Below are positions 19,745 to 29,928 of a stretch of DNA of 64,000 nt, piece by piece. Both the position numbers and the translations under genes were made by a program. The notes below the pieces were generated by a model, which had not been told where the DNA came from, made no database searches, and saw only the letters and a list, made by a program, of their open reading frames with translations. Source of the stretch: an uncultured delta proteobacterium (lineage in GTDB: Bacteria; Myxococcota_A; Polyangia; Fen-1088); NCBI GenBank assembly GCA_963755125.1, contig CAVWIP010000018.1:96001-160000 (forward strand), in the 5' to 3' direction. The first letter of the stretch is position 1. Every line of letters begins with the position of its first letter.

Positions 19745-20944
19745 GTGGAACAGCTCAAGAAGTCGCGCAGGTCCGGACTCGAGCACCTGGTGAGGTTCGC
19801 CAAGGAGATGCCCGTGCTGTCTCCGCGTGAAATCTACCGGCGGCTCGAGGAACTCGGCTATCGCGGCCAGAATGAAGCGCGCCGGGCGGTTTCGCTGATG
19901 GCCTACCGCCACGTCCGCCGCATCAAGCGCATCTACGTCGACGGGGTTAAGCGCGAGCACCTGCTGCCCAAATCCAACACCTTGCTCATCGGCCCCACCG
20001 GGTGCGGCAAGACCTTTCTGGTCGAGTTGCTGTTCCAGCAGATCCTGCACCTGCCCACCGCGATCATTGACATCACCACCTATTCGGAAACCGGCTACGT
20101 CGGCCAGGACCCGAGCACCATCCTCACCCGTCTTCTGCACGCGGCGGACGACAATCCCCTTTTGGCTGCCATCGGCATCGTGTGTCTGGACGAGTTCGAC
20201 AAGATCGCCTCGGGCCAGAACAACGCCGTGTTCGCCGGCGCCGGGACCACCAAGGACGTGACCGGCCTGGGCGTGCAGCGCGAGTTGCTCAAGATGCTGG
20301 AGGCCTCCGAAGTGGTGGTGCCGCTGGAGGTGACCCATTCCAGCTACAACGACCACGTGCTGATGTCGACCGCCGATGTGGCGTTCATCGCAGCCGGGGC
20401 GTTCTCCGGTTTTCACCAGGTGGCGCGCCGGCGCGCCGCCGGAGATTCCATCGGGTTTGGCCGCAGTCCCCAGGGCAGCGGTGCGCCCGACGCGGTCGCC
20501 GTCAGCTACACGCCGGAAGAAGTCGAGCACGTGGCCAATTTCCAGGCCTACGGCTTTCTCCCCGAGCTGCTCGCGCGTTTCTCGCGTTTCGTGCCCTTCC
20601 AGGCGCTGGACGCGGCTACCCTGACCGACATCCTGAAATCTAACGTGGTCGACCGCCTGACCCGGGAATTCGAGGAAGAAGGTTTCGAGCTGCAGGTCGA
20701 GGAGCCGGTCATTCAGAAGATCGTGGCCGAGAGCCTGAAACGCGAAACCGGCGCGCGCGGCCTGCAACAGGTGCTCACCCGCCACATCGAGAACGCCGCC
20801 TTCGAGTCATTCGCCGAGGCCGCGAGCGGCCGCGTGCGCGTGTATCTGGACGGCGGCTCGATCAGGGTGGAGGCCGATGTGCAAGGGGAACGGTCGAACG
20901 ACGACAACCCGAACGAGCCGAGCCCGGAGGAGAAGCCGGCGTAG
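19745..20944 (+). CDS. ClpX-like AAA+ ATPase lacking the N-terminal zinc-binding domain
   Basis: GPTGCGKT, TGYVGQD, LDEFDKI, GVQRELLKMLE, IGF loop, TGARGL. Confidence 0.88.
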   Translation: MEQLKKSRRSGLEHLVRFAKEMPVLSPREIYRRLEELGYRGQNEARRAVSLMAYRHVRRIKRIYVDGVKREHLLPKSNTLLIGPTGCGKTFLVELLFQQILHLPTAIIDITTYSETGYVGQDPSTILTRLLHAADDNPLLAAIGIVCLDEFDKIASGQNNAVFAGAGTTKDVTGLGVQRELLKMLEASEVVVPLEVTHSSYNDHVLMSTADVAFIAAGAFSGFHQVARRRAAGDSIGFGRSPQGSGAPDAVAVSYTPEEVEHVANFQAYGFLPELLARFSRFVPFQALDAATLTDILKSNVVDRLTREFEEEGFELQVEEPVIQKIVAESLKRETGARGLQQVLTRHIENAAFESFAEAASGRVRVYLDGGSIRVEADVQGERSNDDNPNEPSPEEKPA

Positions 20945-20960
20945 GCGCGATCTGCGGTCT

Positions 20961-21791
20961 CTATCCCCCCGGCTTCTGGGGCAGATATCCCGGCGGCCGT
21001 TCAAGCAGGAAGGCATCAGCCTGAAAGGAAGGATTGACGATGCGATCCCGGACCTTGATCTCCACGCCGTCGTCGAAATCGCGCCCCGGCTCGGCGAAGC
21101 GTATGAGCTTGGGGAAGGACGGACCGTCGCTGCGTTGCAAATCCTCGTAGGACACGCGCCAGCGGGCACGGGCGAACGCGGGTTGACCCGCGACCGCCAC
21201 CACGTCCCAGGCGGCGACCAGAGGCGCCGGCCGGCGCAGACTGACCCACAACTCATCCCCGTCCGGGGTTTGCAGGTGCAGCACGTCCGCGCCTCGCTCC
21301 CACCCGACGTCGAGCGCCTTGCTTCCCTCGGGAAGAAACACATCGCCCAGCAGGATGGCGGCCACCGCCTGGGCTGGCAGGGGAATGCGAATCAAGGACG
21401 CCACGTCACTGGGAGTGGCCAGCCCCTGGCGAAAGGTCTTCTTCTGGTGGTCGACGAATACGAAGTTGCCCTCGTGAACCGCCAGCACGGCCACCGTGCC
21501 CTGCAACGATACCTCGGCCTCGAAGCGTAAGTTTCCAGCGCGCTCGACCAGCATCTGCACCGTGCCGCGCACGCGCTCGCCTCCCAGCCAGCTCGTGGTG
21601 CGCGTCTCCAGATTCAGGCTGTGCATGGCGGCTTGGCGCGCACGCAGCGCCTCCAGCAGCTCATCGGTGGTGGGAGCCGGATAGGTCCGTTGCGTGGGCG
21701 CGGTCGCACAGGTGGCAAACATGAGAACGACGGCAAGAACTGCACAACCGCCCAAACCTCGGCAGACGCTGTGAACTGTCATCCGCTGCAT
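20961..21791 (-). CDS. Lipoprotein with LolA/LolB-like (DUF4292-like) fold
   Basis: Signal peptide ending ATC; beta-rich body; follows TPR lipoprotein; start uncertain. Confidence 0.65.
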   Translation of the reverse strand: MQRMTVHSVCRGLGGCAVLAVVLMFATCATAPTQRTYPAPTTDELLEALRARQAAMHSLNLETRTTSWLGGERVRGTVQMLVERAGNLRFEAEVSLQGTVAVLAVHEGNFVFVDHQKKTFRQGLATPSDVASLIRIPLPAQAVAAILLGDVFLPEGSKALDVGWERGADVLHLQTPDGDELWVSLRRPAPLVAAWDVVAVAGQPAFARARWRVSYEDLQRSDGPSFPKLIRFAEPGRDFDDGVEIKVRDRIVNPSFQADAFLLERPPGYLPQKPGG

Positions 21792-21794
21792 CCG

Positions 21795-23561
21795 CTATCG
21801 CCCGGCGGCGCGCCGGGATTCGATGCCTGCCAGGCTCTCCTCCAGGCGCCGGCGCAGGCGCTCCTCGGGTTTCCGGCTCAAGGCCTTGCGGTACGCGGCC
21901 ACGGCCCGCTCAGGCTCCGATCGCTTTGCGTACAAGTCCCCGAGGTGGGAGAGGATCTCGGCGTCGCCGGGTTCCAGCCGCCCGGCCTGCTCCAGAAAGA
22001 GAGCAGCCTTGTCCATCTGGCCCGCGCGAAAGCTCACCCAGCCCAGGCTGTCCAGCACGGCGCCCGAACCAGGTTCCAGGGCCGCCGCCGCCTGCAGCCG
22101 CTTGCGTGCCTTGTCCAGATCGTGGCCGTGGTCCGCCGCGACGAAGCCCCAGAAGTTGAGCGCCTCCACCGAGCCCGGCTTCTTCTTGATAAGTGGCTCG
22201 ACCAGGTCGAGGGCATGCTGCCAAGCGCCCCTTCGTTCCTCGATCATGGCCAAGCTCAGGGTCAGGTGGGCCTGGTCCGGCTGGCTGGCCCGCAGCGCCT
22301 CCAGCCTGCGTGTGGCCATGATAGCATCGCCGCGCTTCTCGTCGATGAAAGCCAGCGAAATCGCCGCGTCGACCTTCTGTCCCGCATCGTCGCTGGCCGC
22401 CGCGCTCTCCAGCTGGCGCGCGGCCTCGCTGGTCTTGCCCTCATCGCGCAGCAACTCCGCCGCACGCACATGCGCCTCGAAGAAGAGTGGCGAAGCCTTG
22501 GGCACCGCAAGCAGGGTCGCCACCGCCTCATCGTCTTGGCCCTGCTCCTTGAGCAGCGCCGCCTTGGTCAGCGCCAGCCGCGTCTTGGCGTCGTCAGAGA
22601 CGCCTGCCTCCTGCGCCTTCTTCACCAGGGCCAGGGCTCGGTCCAGCCGGTGCGCCGAACGCTCCAGCTCGATGCTGCCGGACAGCCCCTCGGGATCCGA
22701 GCCGGCCAGGGGAGACACGAGATCGTCGGCCAACTGCTCGGCGGCCTGGTTGTCGCCGATGCTCACCAGAAAACGCGCGTAGGCCGCCGCGATCTCCAGC
22801 GCCCCTTCTCCCCGGTCGAGGTCTTCGCGAAACGCCCGCCGGGACTCGTCGTTGCGCCCCTGCGCCGCCAGCAGCCACGCGAGGGCAGTGAGCGCCTCGA
22901 TGTGGTTGGGCTCCTCGGCCAGCGTCTGGCGCAGTTGCGCTTCAGTCTGCCCCACGTCCCCGAGAGCCCAGGCCACGGCCATGAGCCGCATGTGCCCCGC
23001 AAGCGACGCTGGTTCTCGCCGGCAGAGATCGGCCAAGGTGCTGGCCGCACCCGGGACGTCGAGCGCAAGGATCTGTGCCTCCGCCAGCTCGAGATAAACC
23101 ATCTCGGCGGTGTCGGTATCGTCGGCCAGATCCACCTTGCCCACTGCCTCTCGCAATGACTGCACCGATCCGGCCACGTCACCCTGCGCCTGGCGCAGAT
23201 GCCCCTCGGCCATCAAGCCGTCGGCCGTGACCTCAATCTTGAGCGAGGCACGGATGGCCGCGGCGGCGTCGGATAGCCGACCCAGGCGAATGAAGATCTC
23301 GGCCAGGTGCGCCTGCAGCTCGGGCGATTCGTCGTCGAAAACCAGGGCGCGCTGCAGCTCTGCGGCGGCGTCCTGCCAGCGCTCGTCCTCTTCATAGAGG
23401 AACGCCCGGCTGGCGTGCTCGTAGGCGCTGGCATTCACCGAGCGCGTAACGATCTGCCGGTCGTTGACTAGCTTGGTGACAGGCGGTGGCTGGGTAGCGC
23501 AAGCCCCCAGGCACACGGCCGCCAGGGCAAGGAATGTTTGCCTGGCGGTTCGCGAAATCAC
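21795..23561 (-). CDS. TPR-repeat lipoprotein
   Basis: Lipobox LGAC; ALNFWGF, LDSLGW, ILSHLGD TPR motifs. Confidence 0.88.
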   Translation of the reverse strand: MISRTARQTFLALAAVCLGACATQPPPVTKLVNDRQIVTRSVNASAYEHASRAFLYEEDERWQDAAAELQRALVFDDESPELQAHLAEIFIRLGRLSDAAAAIRASLKIEVTADGLMAEGHLRQAQGDVAGSVQSLREAVGKVDLADDTDTAEMVYLELAEAQILALDVPGAASTLADLCRREPASLAGHMRLMAVAWALGDVGQTEAQLRQTLAEEPNHIEALTALAWLLAAQGRNDESRRAFREDLDRGEGALEIAAAYARFLVSIGDNQAAEQLADDLVSPLAGSDPEGLSGSIELERSAHRLDRALALVKKAQEAGVSDDAKTRLALTKAALLKEQGQDDEAVATLLAVPKASPLFFEAHVRAAELLRDEGKTSEAARQLESAAASDDAGQKVDAAISLAFIDEKRGDAIMATRRLEALRASQPDQAHLTLSLAMIEERRGAWQHALDLVEPLIKKKPGSVEALNFWGFVAADHGHDLDKARKRLQAAAALEPGSGAVLDSLGWVSFRAGQMDKAALFLEQAGRLEPGDAEILSHLGDLYAKRSEPERAVAAYRKALSRKPEERLRRRLEESLAGIESRRAAGR

Positions 23562-23618
23562 CCCGTCAGGCTAGCACAGGGCAGGCCGGCCCAAGGGTGT
23601 TGTGTTGACACTGTCGCG

Positions 23619-23780
23619 CTACTTTGGCGTGGTCATCACCGTGCCAGGAGAAGTGTAGTTCGTCCAGTAGACGTTCGTGTCGTCAACCGCAATGCCGTAG
23701 GCGGCGCTTTGGCCCAAGGCGAGAGGCGTAGTGGTACCGCCATCGGTGGACATCTTCATCACCGAGGGGCCGTAGTCCGT
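23619..23780 (-). pseudogene. C-terminal remnant of a beta-propeller (IAVD..NVYWT repeat) protein
   Basis: TDYGPSVMKMSTDGGTTTPLA..Q..AYGIAVDDTNVYWTN..PGTVMTTPK*; no own start. Confidence 0.7.
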
Positions 23781-24447
23781 GGCGTCCGTCCCGTCAGCAT
23801 CTCGTACACGATGATGGCGAAGGAATAGATGTCCGAACGAAGGTCGACGTCTGCGCTGTCCTTGCACTGCTCCGGCGACATGTACGCCGGGCTACCCATG
23901 ATCAGGCCGGTTTGCGTGCGCAGCGTTCCGCCCGTACCGCCGGCGCGCTTTATCTTGGCGATGCCAAAATCCAGGATCTTCACCCGCTCGCCGCCTGGCG
24001 CGCCCAGATCCGGCACCAGGAACAGGTTCTCCGGCTTCAGATCGCGGTGCACGATCCCGGCGGCGTGGGCAGCGGCCAGGGCCGAGCCGGCCTGGCGCGC
24101 GATCTCCAGGGTCTGCGGCAGGGTGAGACGGCCGCGCTCTGCCAGGCGTCTCTGCAGCGACACCCCTTCGAGAAACTCCATCAGGATGTAGGGCGCACCC
24201 TCGGGAGTCACACCAGCGTCGAAGACTTCGATGATGTTACGATGGCGGATGGCGCTAGCTGCGCGTGCCTCGTTGAGAAAACGCCGGACCAGTTCCGCGT
24301 CCTGCGCCAGCGCCGTGTGCAGTACCTTCACGGCGGCGCGGCGCTCGATGAGCGGGTTCTCGGCAAGGTAGACCTCCCCGAACCCGCCTTCGCCGAGTAG
24401 CCGGACGATGCGGTAGTTGCCAAACAGGTGGCCAGGCTGCAGGCCAT
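23781..24447 (-). pseudogene. Truncated, frameshifted duplicate of the adjacent Ser/Thr kinase
   Basis: Near-identical to the 5' part of 24541-25926; one C lost after ATGGCC; homology stops after EMLTGRTP. Confidence 0.88.
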
Positions 24448-24540
24448 GCGCGTTTCGGCCCTAGCGTACTCCCGGCTACACCACGAACAAGCGGATTCTG
24501 ACTCCCTTGGCCACTCGACGACCGGCCCAGGACGATCGGG

Positions 24541-25926
24541 CTAGTGAACGAACCATTCTTCGTCCGGTCTCTTCTTCTTGCTGGCGGGCGGGAAGCCCGG
24601 CTCTCTTGCAGCCGCGTGTACCCGCTTCCTGGCGGGCGGCGCCCCGGCCGCCGCGGGTGGGGCCGCCTCGCTCTCGCGTCCGCCGGGAAGGGCCACCGCC
24701 GAGCCGGCGTCGGGAGGTAGCGTCTGGCGGGCAAACAGGTTTGGCCCGGCAGCGCCTGCGTCCGGGACCACGACCCTCGCCGTGCTTGTCGTTGCCTGCG
24801 GGGTAGAGTCGAGGCCGGGTCGCAGCAGCAGAAACAGCGCCAGCCCCGCCGCCGCCGCTCCCCCGACTGCAAAGATCGGCCAGCGCCGGGTTCGCGTGGC
24901 CGTCAACGGCGTATCCTCAGCGGCATCCGCATCGACCTCGCCGGTTGCGCGCGAAAGCGTGGTGACCGCCTGAGCCGCAACAGTCCGCCCAGAACCAGGC
25001 GCCGGGCTTTCCCCGACCACCGGGATATCCCCCGACGACGACGGTCGCTCCACCGCAGGAGCGGTCCCCCGCGCTTCACCCCGCAAGGCGCCCATGAACG
25101 ATGCAATGCTGTCAAAACGATCATCGCGCGCGCGGGACAGGCCGCGCATGATGGCCGCCTCAACATGGGCGGGCGCGTTGGGCACCCAGTCGCGCAACGG
25201 CGCCGGCGTCCCCGCCAGATGCATGACCAGCATCTCCGTCCCCGATCCCGCCAGGTACGGCGTCCGTCCCGCCAGCATCTCGTAGATGATGGTCGCGAAA
25301 GAATAGATGTCCGAACGCAGGTCGACGTCCGCGCTGTCCTTGCACTGCTCCGGCGACATGTACGCCGGGCTGCCCATGATCAGTCCGGTTTGCGTCCGCA
25401 CCGTTCCGCCCGTGCCCCCGCTGCGCTTTATCTTCGCGATGCCGAAATCCAGGATCTTCACCCGCTCGCCGCCCGGCGCACTCGCCTCCGGCACCAGAAA
25501 CAGGTTCTCCGGCTTCAGATCGCGGTGCACGATCCCGGCGGCATGGGCGGCAGCCAGGGCCGAACCGGCTTGGCGCGCAATTTCCATGGACTGCGGCAGA
25601 GCGAGACGGCCGACGTCGGCCAGACGTTTCTGCAGCGACACCCCTTCGAGAAACTCCATCAGGATGTAGGGCGCGCCCTCGGGCGTCACGCCAGCGTCGA
25701 AGACTTCGATGATGTTGCGATGACGGATGGCACTGGCAGCGCGTGCCTCGTTGAGAAAACGCCGGACCAGCTCGGTGTCCTGCGCCAGAGACGTGTGCAG
25801 GACCTTCACGGCAGCGCGGCGCTCGATGAGCGGGTTCTCGGCAAGGTAGACCTCCCCGAACCCGCCTTCGCCGAGTAACCGAACGATGCGGTAGTTGCCG
25901 AAGAGGTGGCCAGTCTGCAGGGCCAT
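24541..25926 (-). CDS. Membrane-anchored Ser/Thr protein kinase
   Basis: GEGGFG, AVK, HRDLKPEN, DFG, SPE; TM helix in C-terminal third. Confidence 0.95.
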   Translation of the reverse strand: MALQTGHLFGNYRIVRLLGEGGFGEVYLAENPLIERRAAVKVLHTSLAQDTELVRRFLNEARAASAIRHRNIIEVFDAGVTPEGAPYILMEFLEGVSLQKRLADVGRLALPQSMEIARQAGSALAAAHAAGIVHRDLKPENLFLVPEASAPGGERVKILDFGIAKIKRSGGTGGTVRTQTGLIMGSPAYMSPEQCKDSADVDLRSDIYSFATIIYEMLAGRTPYLAGSGTEMLVMHLAGTPAPLRDWVPNAPAHVEAAIMRGLSRARDDRFDSIASFMGALRGEARGTAPAVERPSSSGDIPVVGESPAPGSGRTVAAQAVTTLSRATGEVDADAAEDTPLTATRTRRWPIFAVGGAAAAGLALFLLLRPGLDSTPQATTSTARVVVPDAGAAGPNLFARQTLPPDAGSAVALPGGRESEAAPPAAAGAPPARKRVHAAAREPGFPPASKKKRPDEEWFVH

Positions 25927-25933
25927 GCGCGCT

Positions 25934-26164
25934 TCACACTAGCGTACTACTCGGCGCGCCGTGGGCAAGAGGATTCGCGGTGTTCGCCGCGCCACCCATG
26001 GACTCGTCGGACTTCTGCCGATCCATCGCCGCGCGGTCATAGTCGCCCGTGGCCGTGTTGAAGCGAATGATCGTGTATGCGCTCCCGCGCGCGGGCCCGG
26101 TTTCGGCAGCTTCGCTGTTGAAGCTCGCCACTGCCAGAAATGCAACCAACAAACCCGCCTTCAT
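25934..26164 (-). CDS. Small putative secreted protein or gene remnant
   Basis: MKAGLLVAFLAVASFNSEA signal-like N-terminus; 76 aa only. Confidence 0.35.
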   Translation of the reverse strand: MKAGLLVAFLAVASFNSEAAETGPARGSAYTIIRFNTATGDYDRAAMDRQKSDESMGGAANTANPLAHGAPSSTLV

Positions 26165-26233
26165 GGCCGGGTCACCGTTCATGGAAAGACCGAAGCGCGA
26201 TCCTATGCTCCCTCTTCTTTTCACTGGCGCACG

Positions 26234-27148
26234 TCACGGACGGTCGGTTCCAGGCTTGGCGAGGTCGCGCAGCAGCGGGCTGCCTTTGCTACGCAACTCC
26301 TCGATGGTCTTCACGTCCGTGGGATCGGTGGAATCGGCCAGACAGGAAAGTATCTCGGCTGCGTCTTCGGCCGGCGTGCCTGGCGCCAGCACAATCTCGC
26401 GCCATGGCCGAACCGGCGCTGACGGCGGCGTGGGTTTCGCGTGTGGGGCAAGTTGCTGCCGGCACAGGGCCGCGCCCGCCGCTGCCGCCACGCCTGGGTC
26501 GGCATCCTTGCTGGCCTCGCGCAAGGCTGACAGAGACAAGGCGCCGTCGGACGGCAGGACCAGAACGGCAGCGCGGCGGACGTCAGGGGAAGGATCATGG
26601 GTGAGGGCCGACAGGTCGTTCCTGCCAGCGCATAGCGCGTTGGCGTCGGCCAGACTTTGCAAAGCGGCCAGCCGCACGTTGTTTGAACGATCAGTCCTGC
26701 CGGCCGCAACGGACAGAACCCTGCACGCCCGCCCAGCGATCTCATCCGGTACGTCCCATGCCTCGAGAAGAGCTGCATCGGCGTCACCCAGCAGCGCGCC
26801 CAGTGTCTGCAGCGCACGCTCGTCAACCCGTGTGTCGCTCGAATCGCACTGAGCCAGCACGGCGTCGAGCAGCAGCAGACGATCCGGCAGGTAAAGCACG
26901 CTGTCGAGCGCGGCCAGGACCAGGCTGCGATCCGGGTCAGCCAACGCTTTCGCCAGTCGCGCCACTCCGATGCGTGCCGCCCAACGGCCCATCTCCGCCC
27001 TATCGCCGCGCTCGGCCGCCTTGCGCAGGCCCAGCAGGGACACCTCCAGCAGGCCGGTGCGGCGATTGTAAGATGGACGCTCGGCGGTGGCGCTCGGCGC
27101 GATGAACAGCAACGAGGCCAGGGCGCAAACTGCAGCGTTGTGTTTCAT
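26234..27148 (-). CDS. Secreted HEAT-repeat protein
   Basis: Signal peptide; LADPD..V..AA, DPSPDVRRAAV, DADPGVAAAA repeats. Confidence 0.75.
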   Translation of the reverse strand: MKHNAAVCALASLLFIAPSATAERPSYNRRTGLLEVSLLGLRKAAERGDRAEMGRWAARIGVARLAKALADPDRSLVLAALDSVLYLPDRLLLLDAVLAQCDSSDTRVDERALQTLGALLGDADAALLEAWDVPDEIAGRACRVLSVAAGRTDRSNNVRLAALQSLADANALCAGRNDLSALTHDPSPDVRRAAVLVLPSDGALSLSALREASKDADPGVAAAAGAALCRQQLAPHAKPTPPSAPVRPWREIVLAPGTPAEDAAEILSCLADSTDPTDVKTIEELRSKGSPLLRDLAKPGTDRP

Positions 27149-27274
27149 CGGGGGATTCACGCTAGCCGAGCCCAGGCCGCAGCGCAATCTCCGGCGGTTG
27201 GAGGGCGGCGGAGCCGGAAGCCGAGGGCCGGTGGCCGCGACCGGATCCGGATTCGGGACCGACAAAGGCGGACA

Positions 27275-28741
27275 CTAGCGAGCCAGATCGGCACTGCGGC
27301 CGGTCAGGCCCGCCGGCACAGGCAGTCCCAGCGCTGAAAGGATGGTGGGAAAAAGATCGGCCGTGCACAAGGGGCGATCGCTCGCCCAGCACGCGTTGAC
27401 CGCGGCCGGTACCAGCATGTGGTCGCGTTCCAGCGCCCCGTGCGAGCCATTGTGCGGCTGGTACTCGAAGCGTGAGCGTAGGTCGAAGCCAGCACGGGCG
27501 CACACGACCAGATCGCCGGCGCGGGGCGAGCGAAAGAATTCCACCAACTGCCAGGGCGCATCGGGAAACCCGGTGCCAGTCGTTAGGGCGGCCACCTCGT
27601 CACGGGTCATGCGATCGGGCAAGGCACCGTAGCCCAGTGGGTTCTCGCCCTCGACGGAGAATCCCATGCGGGCCGACGGGGGCGCGTCCTCGGCCGCAGC
27701 TTCACGCGCGTCTACCACCGCCCGACCCGCATTTCCCGCCAGCACATAAACCCCGGGCGTACGTCGGTAGATGACATGCGCGATGGCGGAATGGGCAAGC
27801 AACGCGGCCACCAACTCCGCCGGCTTCTTGCCGGGCGCTTCAAAGTCGGGTCGTTCCTGCCAGCCGGTCTCGCCCTGCAAGTAGAGGTTGGCCATCGAGT
27901 TGCCCGAGACCATGGCCGCGGCTTGCGCCGAAAGGAGGTGGCGCCACAGCTTGGGGTAGACCAGCGTGCGCGGATACAGCGGCCGAATGAGATCGTCGAT
28001 GTCCACATGGGTATGGGTTCCCGTCTGTCCGTGGTCCGAAGTGATCACCATCAGCGTGCGCGCCAGCGTGCCCTGCCGGTGCAACGTCTCGATCAACCGC
28101 CCCAGGCTGGCGTCGAAGCGACGGTAGGCTTCGTAGCTTTGTTCAGTCTGCGGTCCGAAGCGGTGCCCCAGTTCGTCGATCGAGGGAAACACGGCGTACA
28201 CCGACGGAAACCCGCGCTGCCAGGCGCGCCGCACGGCCGCCTCGGCCTGCAGATTCGACGCCTGCCAGTCGGTGGTGGCCAGCGCCTTCATAAAGGTCGC
28301 GCCCTTGGAGAAGCGGGTCATGCGCGCGCGCGACGGACAGCCGCGCACGAACCAGGTGTTCACGTCGGCCAGGCCGGGTATGTGGTGAAAGAGCGTGCGC
28401 ACGGCAGCCGGGATGTCGCGCTCCAGTTTGGCCGCACGCCAGGGCGCCATGTACGAGCGCGTGCGAAAGAGAAAGTTGCCGCGCTTACCCGAGGGGCGCT
28501 CGGCCCAGCGAATGCCGGGGAGATTGGCGCGCCCCGGGTGCAGGCCACACAGCAGGGGCAGGTGCGCCGGGCCGCTGACCGAGGGGAACACCGAGGTGGC
28601 GGGGCGCAAGCCGCCGCACTCGACGAAGTGCCGGCGCAGGTTGGGCATCTCACCTGCCAGCGCCATACGTTCCACCACGTCCCAGCGCGCGCCGTCGGCC
28701 AGGATGGCGAGCACGCGGTCGAAGCGAGTCGGCTCTCGCAT
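27275..28741 (-). CDS. Alkaline phosphatase superfamily / nucleotide pyrophosphatase-phosphodiesterase
   Basis: ILADG, FPSVSGPAH, DELGH, TSDHG, GSHG. Confidence 0.9.
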   Translation of the reverse strand: MREPTRFDRVLAILADGARWDVVERMALAGEMPNLRRHFVECGGLRPATSVFPSVSGPAHLPLLCGLHPGRANLPGIRWAERPSGKRGNFLFRTRSYMAPWRAAKLERDIPAAVRTLFHHIPGLADVNTWFVRGCPSRARMTRFSKGATFMKALATTDWQASNLQAEAAVRRAWQRGFPSVYAVFPSIDELGHRFGPQTEQSYEAYRRFDASLGRLIETLHRQGTLARTLMVITSDHGQTGTHTHVDIDDLIRPLYPRTLVYPKLWRHLLSAQAAAMVSGNSMANLYLQGETGWQERPDFEAPGKKPAELVAALLAHSAIAHVIYRRTPGVYVLAGNAGRAVVDAREAAAEDAPPSARMGFSVEGENPLGYGALPDRMTRDEVAALTTGTGFPDAPWQLVEFFRSPRAGDLVVCARAGFDLRSRFEYQPHNGSHGALERDHMLVPAAVNACWASDRPLCTADLFPTILSALGLPVPAGLTGRSADLAR

Positions 28742-28787
28742 CGCATCCGTCTACCATGGATTCTCCCGTCCGGTAGACTTGGGCCCC

Positions 28788-29894
28788 ATGGTTTCCCGTC
28801 CAGCCCTGGTGACTCTGACTGGGATTTGCCTGGCTTTCCTGCTGGCAATCGCGTCGCGCATTCCCGCCGCCCGATCGCTGCCAGCGCACAGTCAAACCGG
28901 TGAGCCGGCCAGTGCGTCGTCCTTGCAGACCACGCCCGTGCCAGAAGCGGCCGATGTCAAACAGCGCGGAGTGGCGCTGGGCCTCTTCGCCGAAGACGTC
29001 AGCTTCTCCTACGCACCCTTGCTGCAAGAGATCGTAGCGCTGGGCGCGACCCACGTGTCACTGGTCGTGCCCTTCTATCAAAGGCATGCGGCCTCGACCG
29101 CATTGAGGCTCCACACCCGACTGTCGCCCACCCTGGAAGCCATCGCAGATGCCATTCGGCTTTCGCGCCGGGCCGGGTTGGAAGTCACCCTCTTCCCCAT
29201 CGTGCGGCTTTCCGAACCGCGCAGCCCCAAGGAATGGCGGGGCACGCTGGCGCCCGCGGATCGGGACGCGTGGTTCGCCAGCTACGGCTCCCTGCTGGCG
29301 GACCTGGCCTCGCTGGGCGCGCTGACCGGCGTCTCGCGCCTGGTGGTGGGCAGCGAACTCTCGTCGCTGGACGGCGATCTGGCGCACTGGCGGCCCCTGG
29401 TCGGACGCATCCGAGCTCTCTTCACTGGCACTCTCATCTACTCAGCCAACTGGGACCACTACCAGGACGCGCGGCTTTATGAACTGATGGACGAAATCGG
29501 CGTGGTCGCCTACTTCAACCTGCGCGCGAAAGACGGCCCCAGTGATGTGGCCGCGCTGACCGAGCGCTGGCGCAGCCTGCGACGCGAAATCGAGTTCAAC
29601 CTGGCCGCGTACGCCAAGCCTCTCGTGTTGACCGAGTTGGGCTACCGTTCGCGCGCCGGTGCAACCGCCGCACCCTGGGACGAAGTCCCAGGTGGCGTGC
29701 CCGACGTGGATGAGCAAACCCGCGCCTTCCAGGCCTTCCGACAGGCGTGGACCGCCGGCGGGCTGCCCTCTTCGCACCTGGCCGGACTCTACCTGTGGAA
29801 CTGGTACGGCTATGGCGGCCCAGAAACCACCAGCTACACCCCGCGTGGCAAGCCCGCTGTGGATGTCGTCCGGCAGATCCTGGGCGAGATGTAG
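28788..29894 (+). CDS. Glycoside hydrolase family 113-like TIM barrel protein
   Basis: WRG, VGSEL, IYSANWD, AYF.L, TELGYRS; signal peptide. Confidence 0.85.
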   Translation: MVSRPALVTLTGICLAFLLAIASRIPAARSLPAHSQTGEPASASSLQTTPVPEAADVKQRGVALGLFAEDVSFSYAPLLQEIVALGATHVSLVVPFYQRHAASTALRLHTRLSPTLEAIADAIRLSRRAGLEVTLFPIVRLSEPRSPKEWRGTLAPADRDAWFASYGSLLADLASLGALTGVSRLVVGSELSSLDGDLAHWRPLVGRIRALFTGTLIYSANWDHYQDARLYELMDEIGVVAYFNLRAKDGPSDVAALTERWRSLRREIEFNLAAYAKPLVLTELGYRSRAGATAAPWDEVPGGVPDVDEQTRAFQAFRQAWTAGGLPSSHLAGLYLWNWYGYGGPETTSYTPRGKPAVDVVRQILGEM

Positions 29895-29928
29895 CAATCG
29901 CCACGCTGCACTCAACTGCTGGTTGCCG

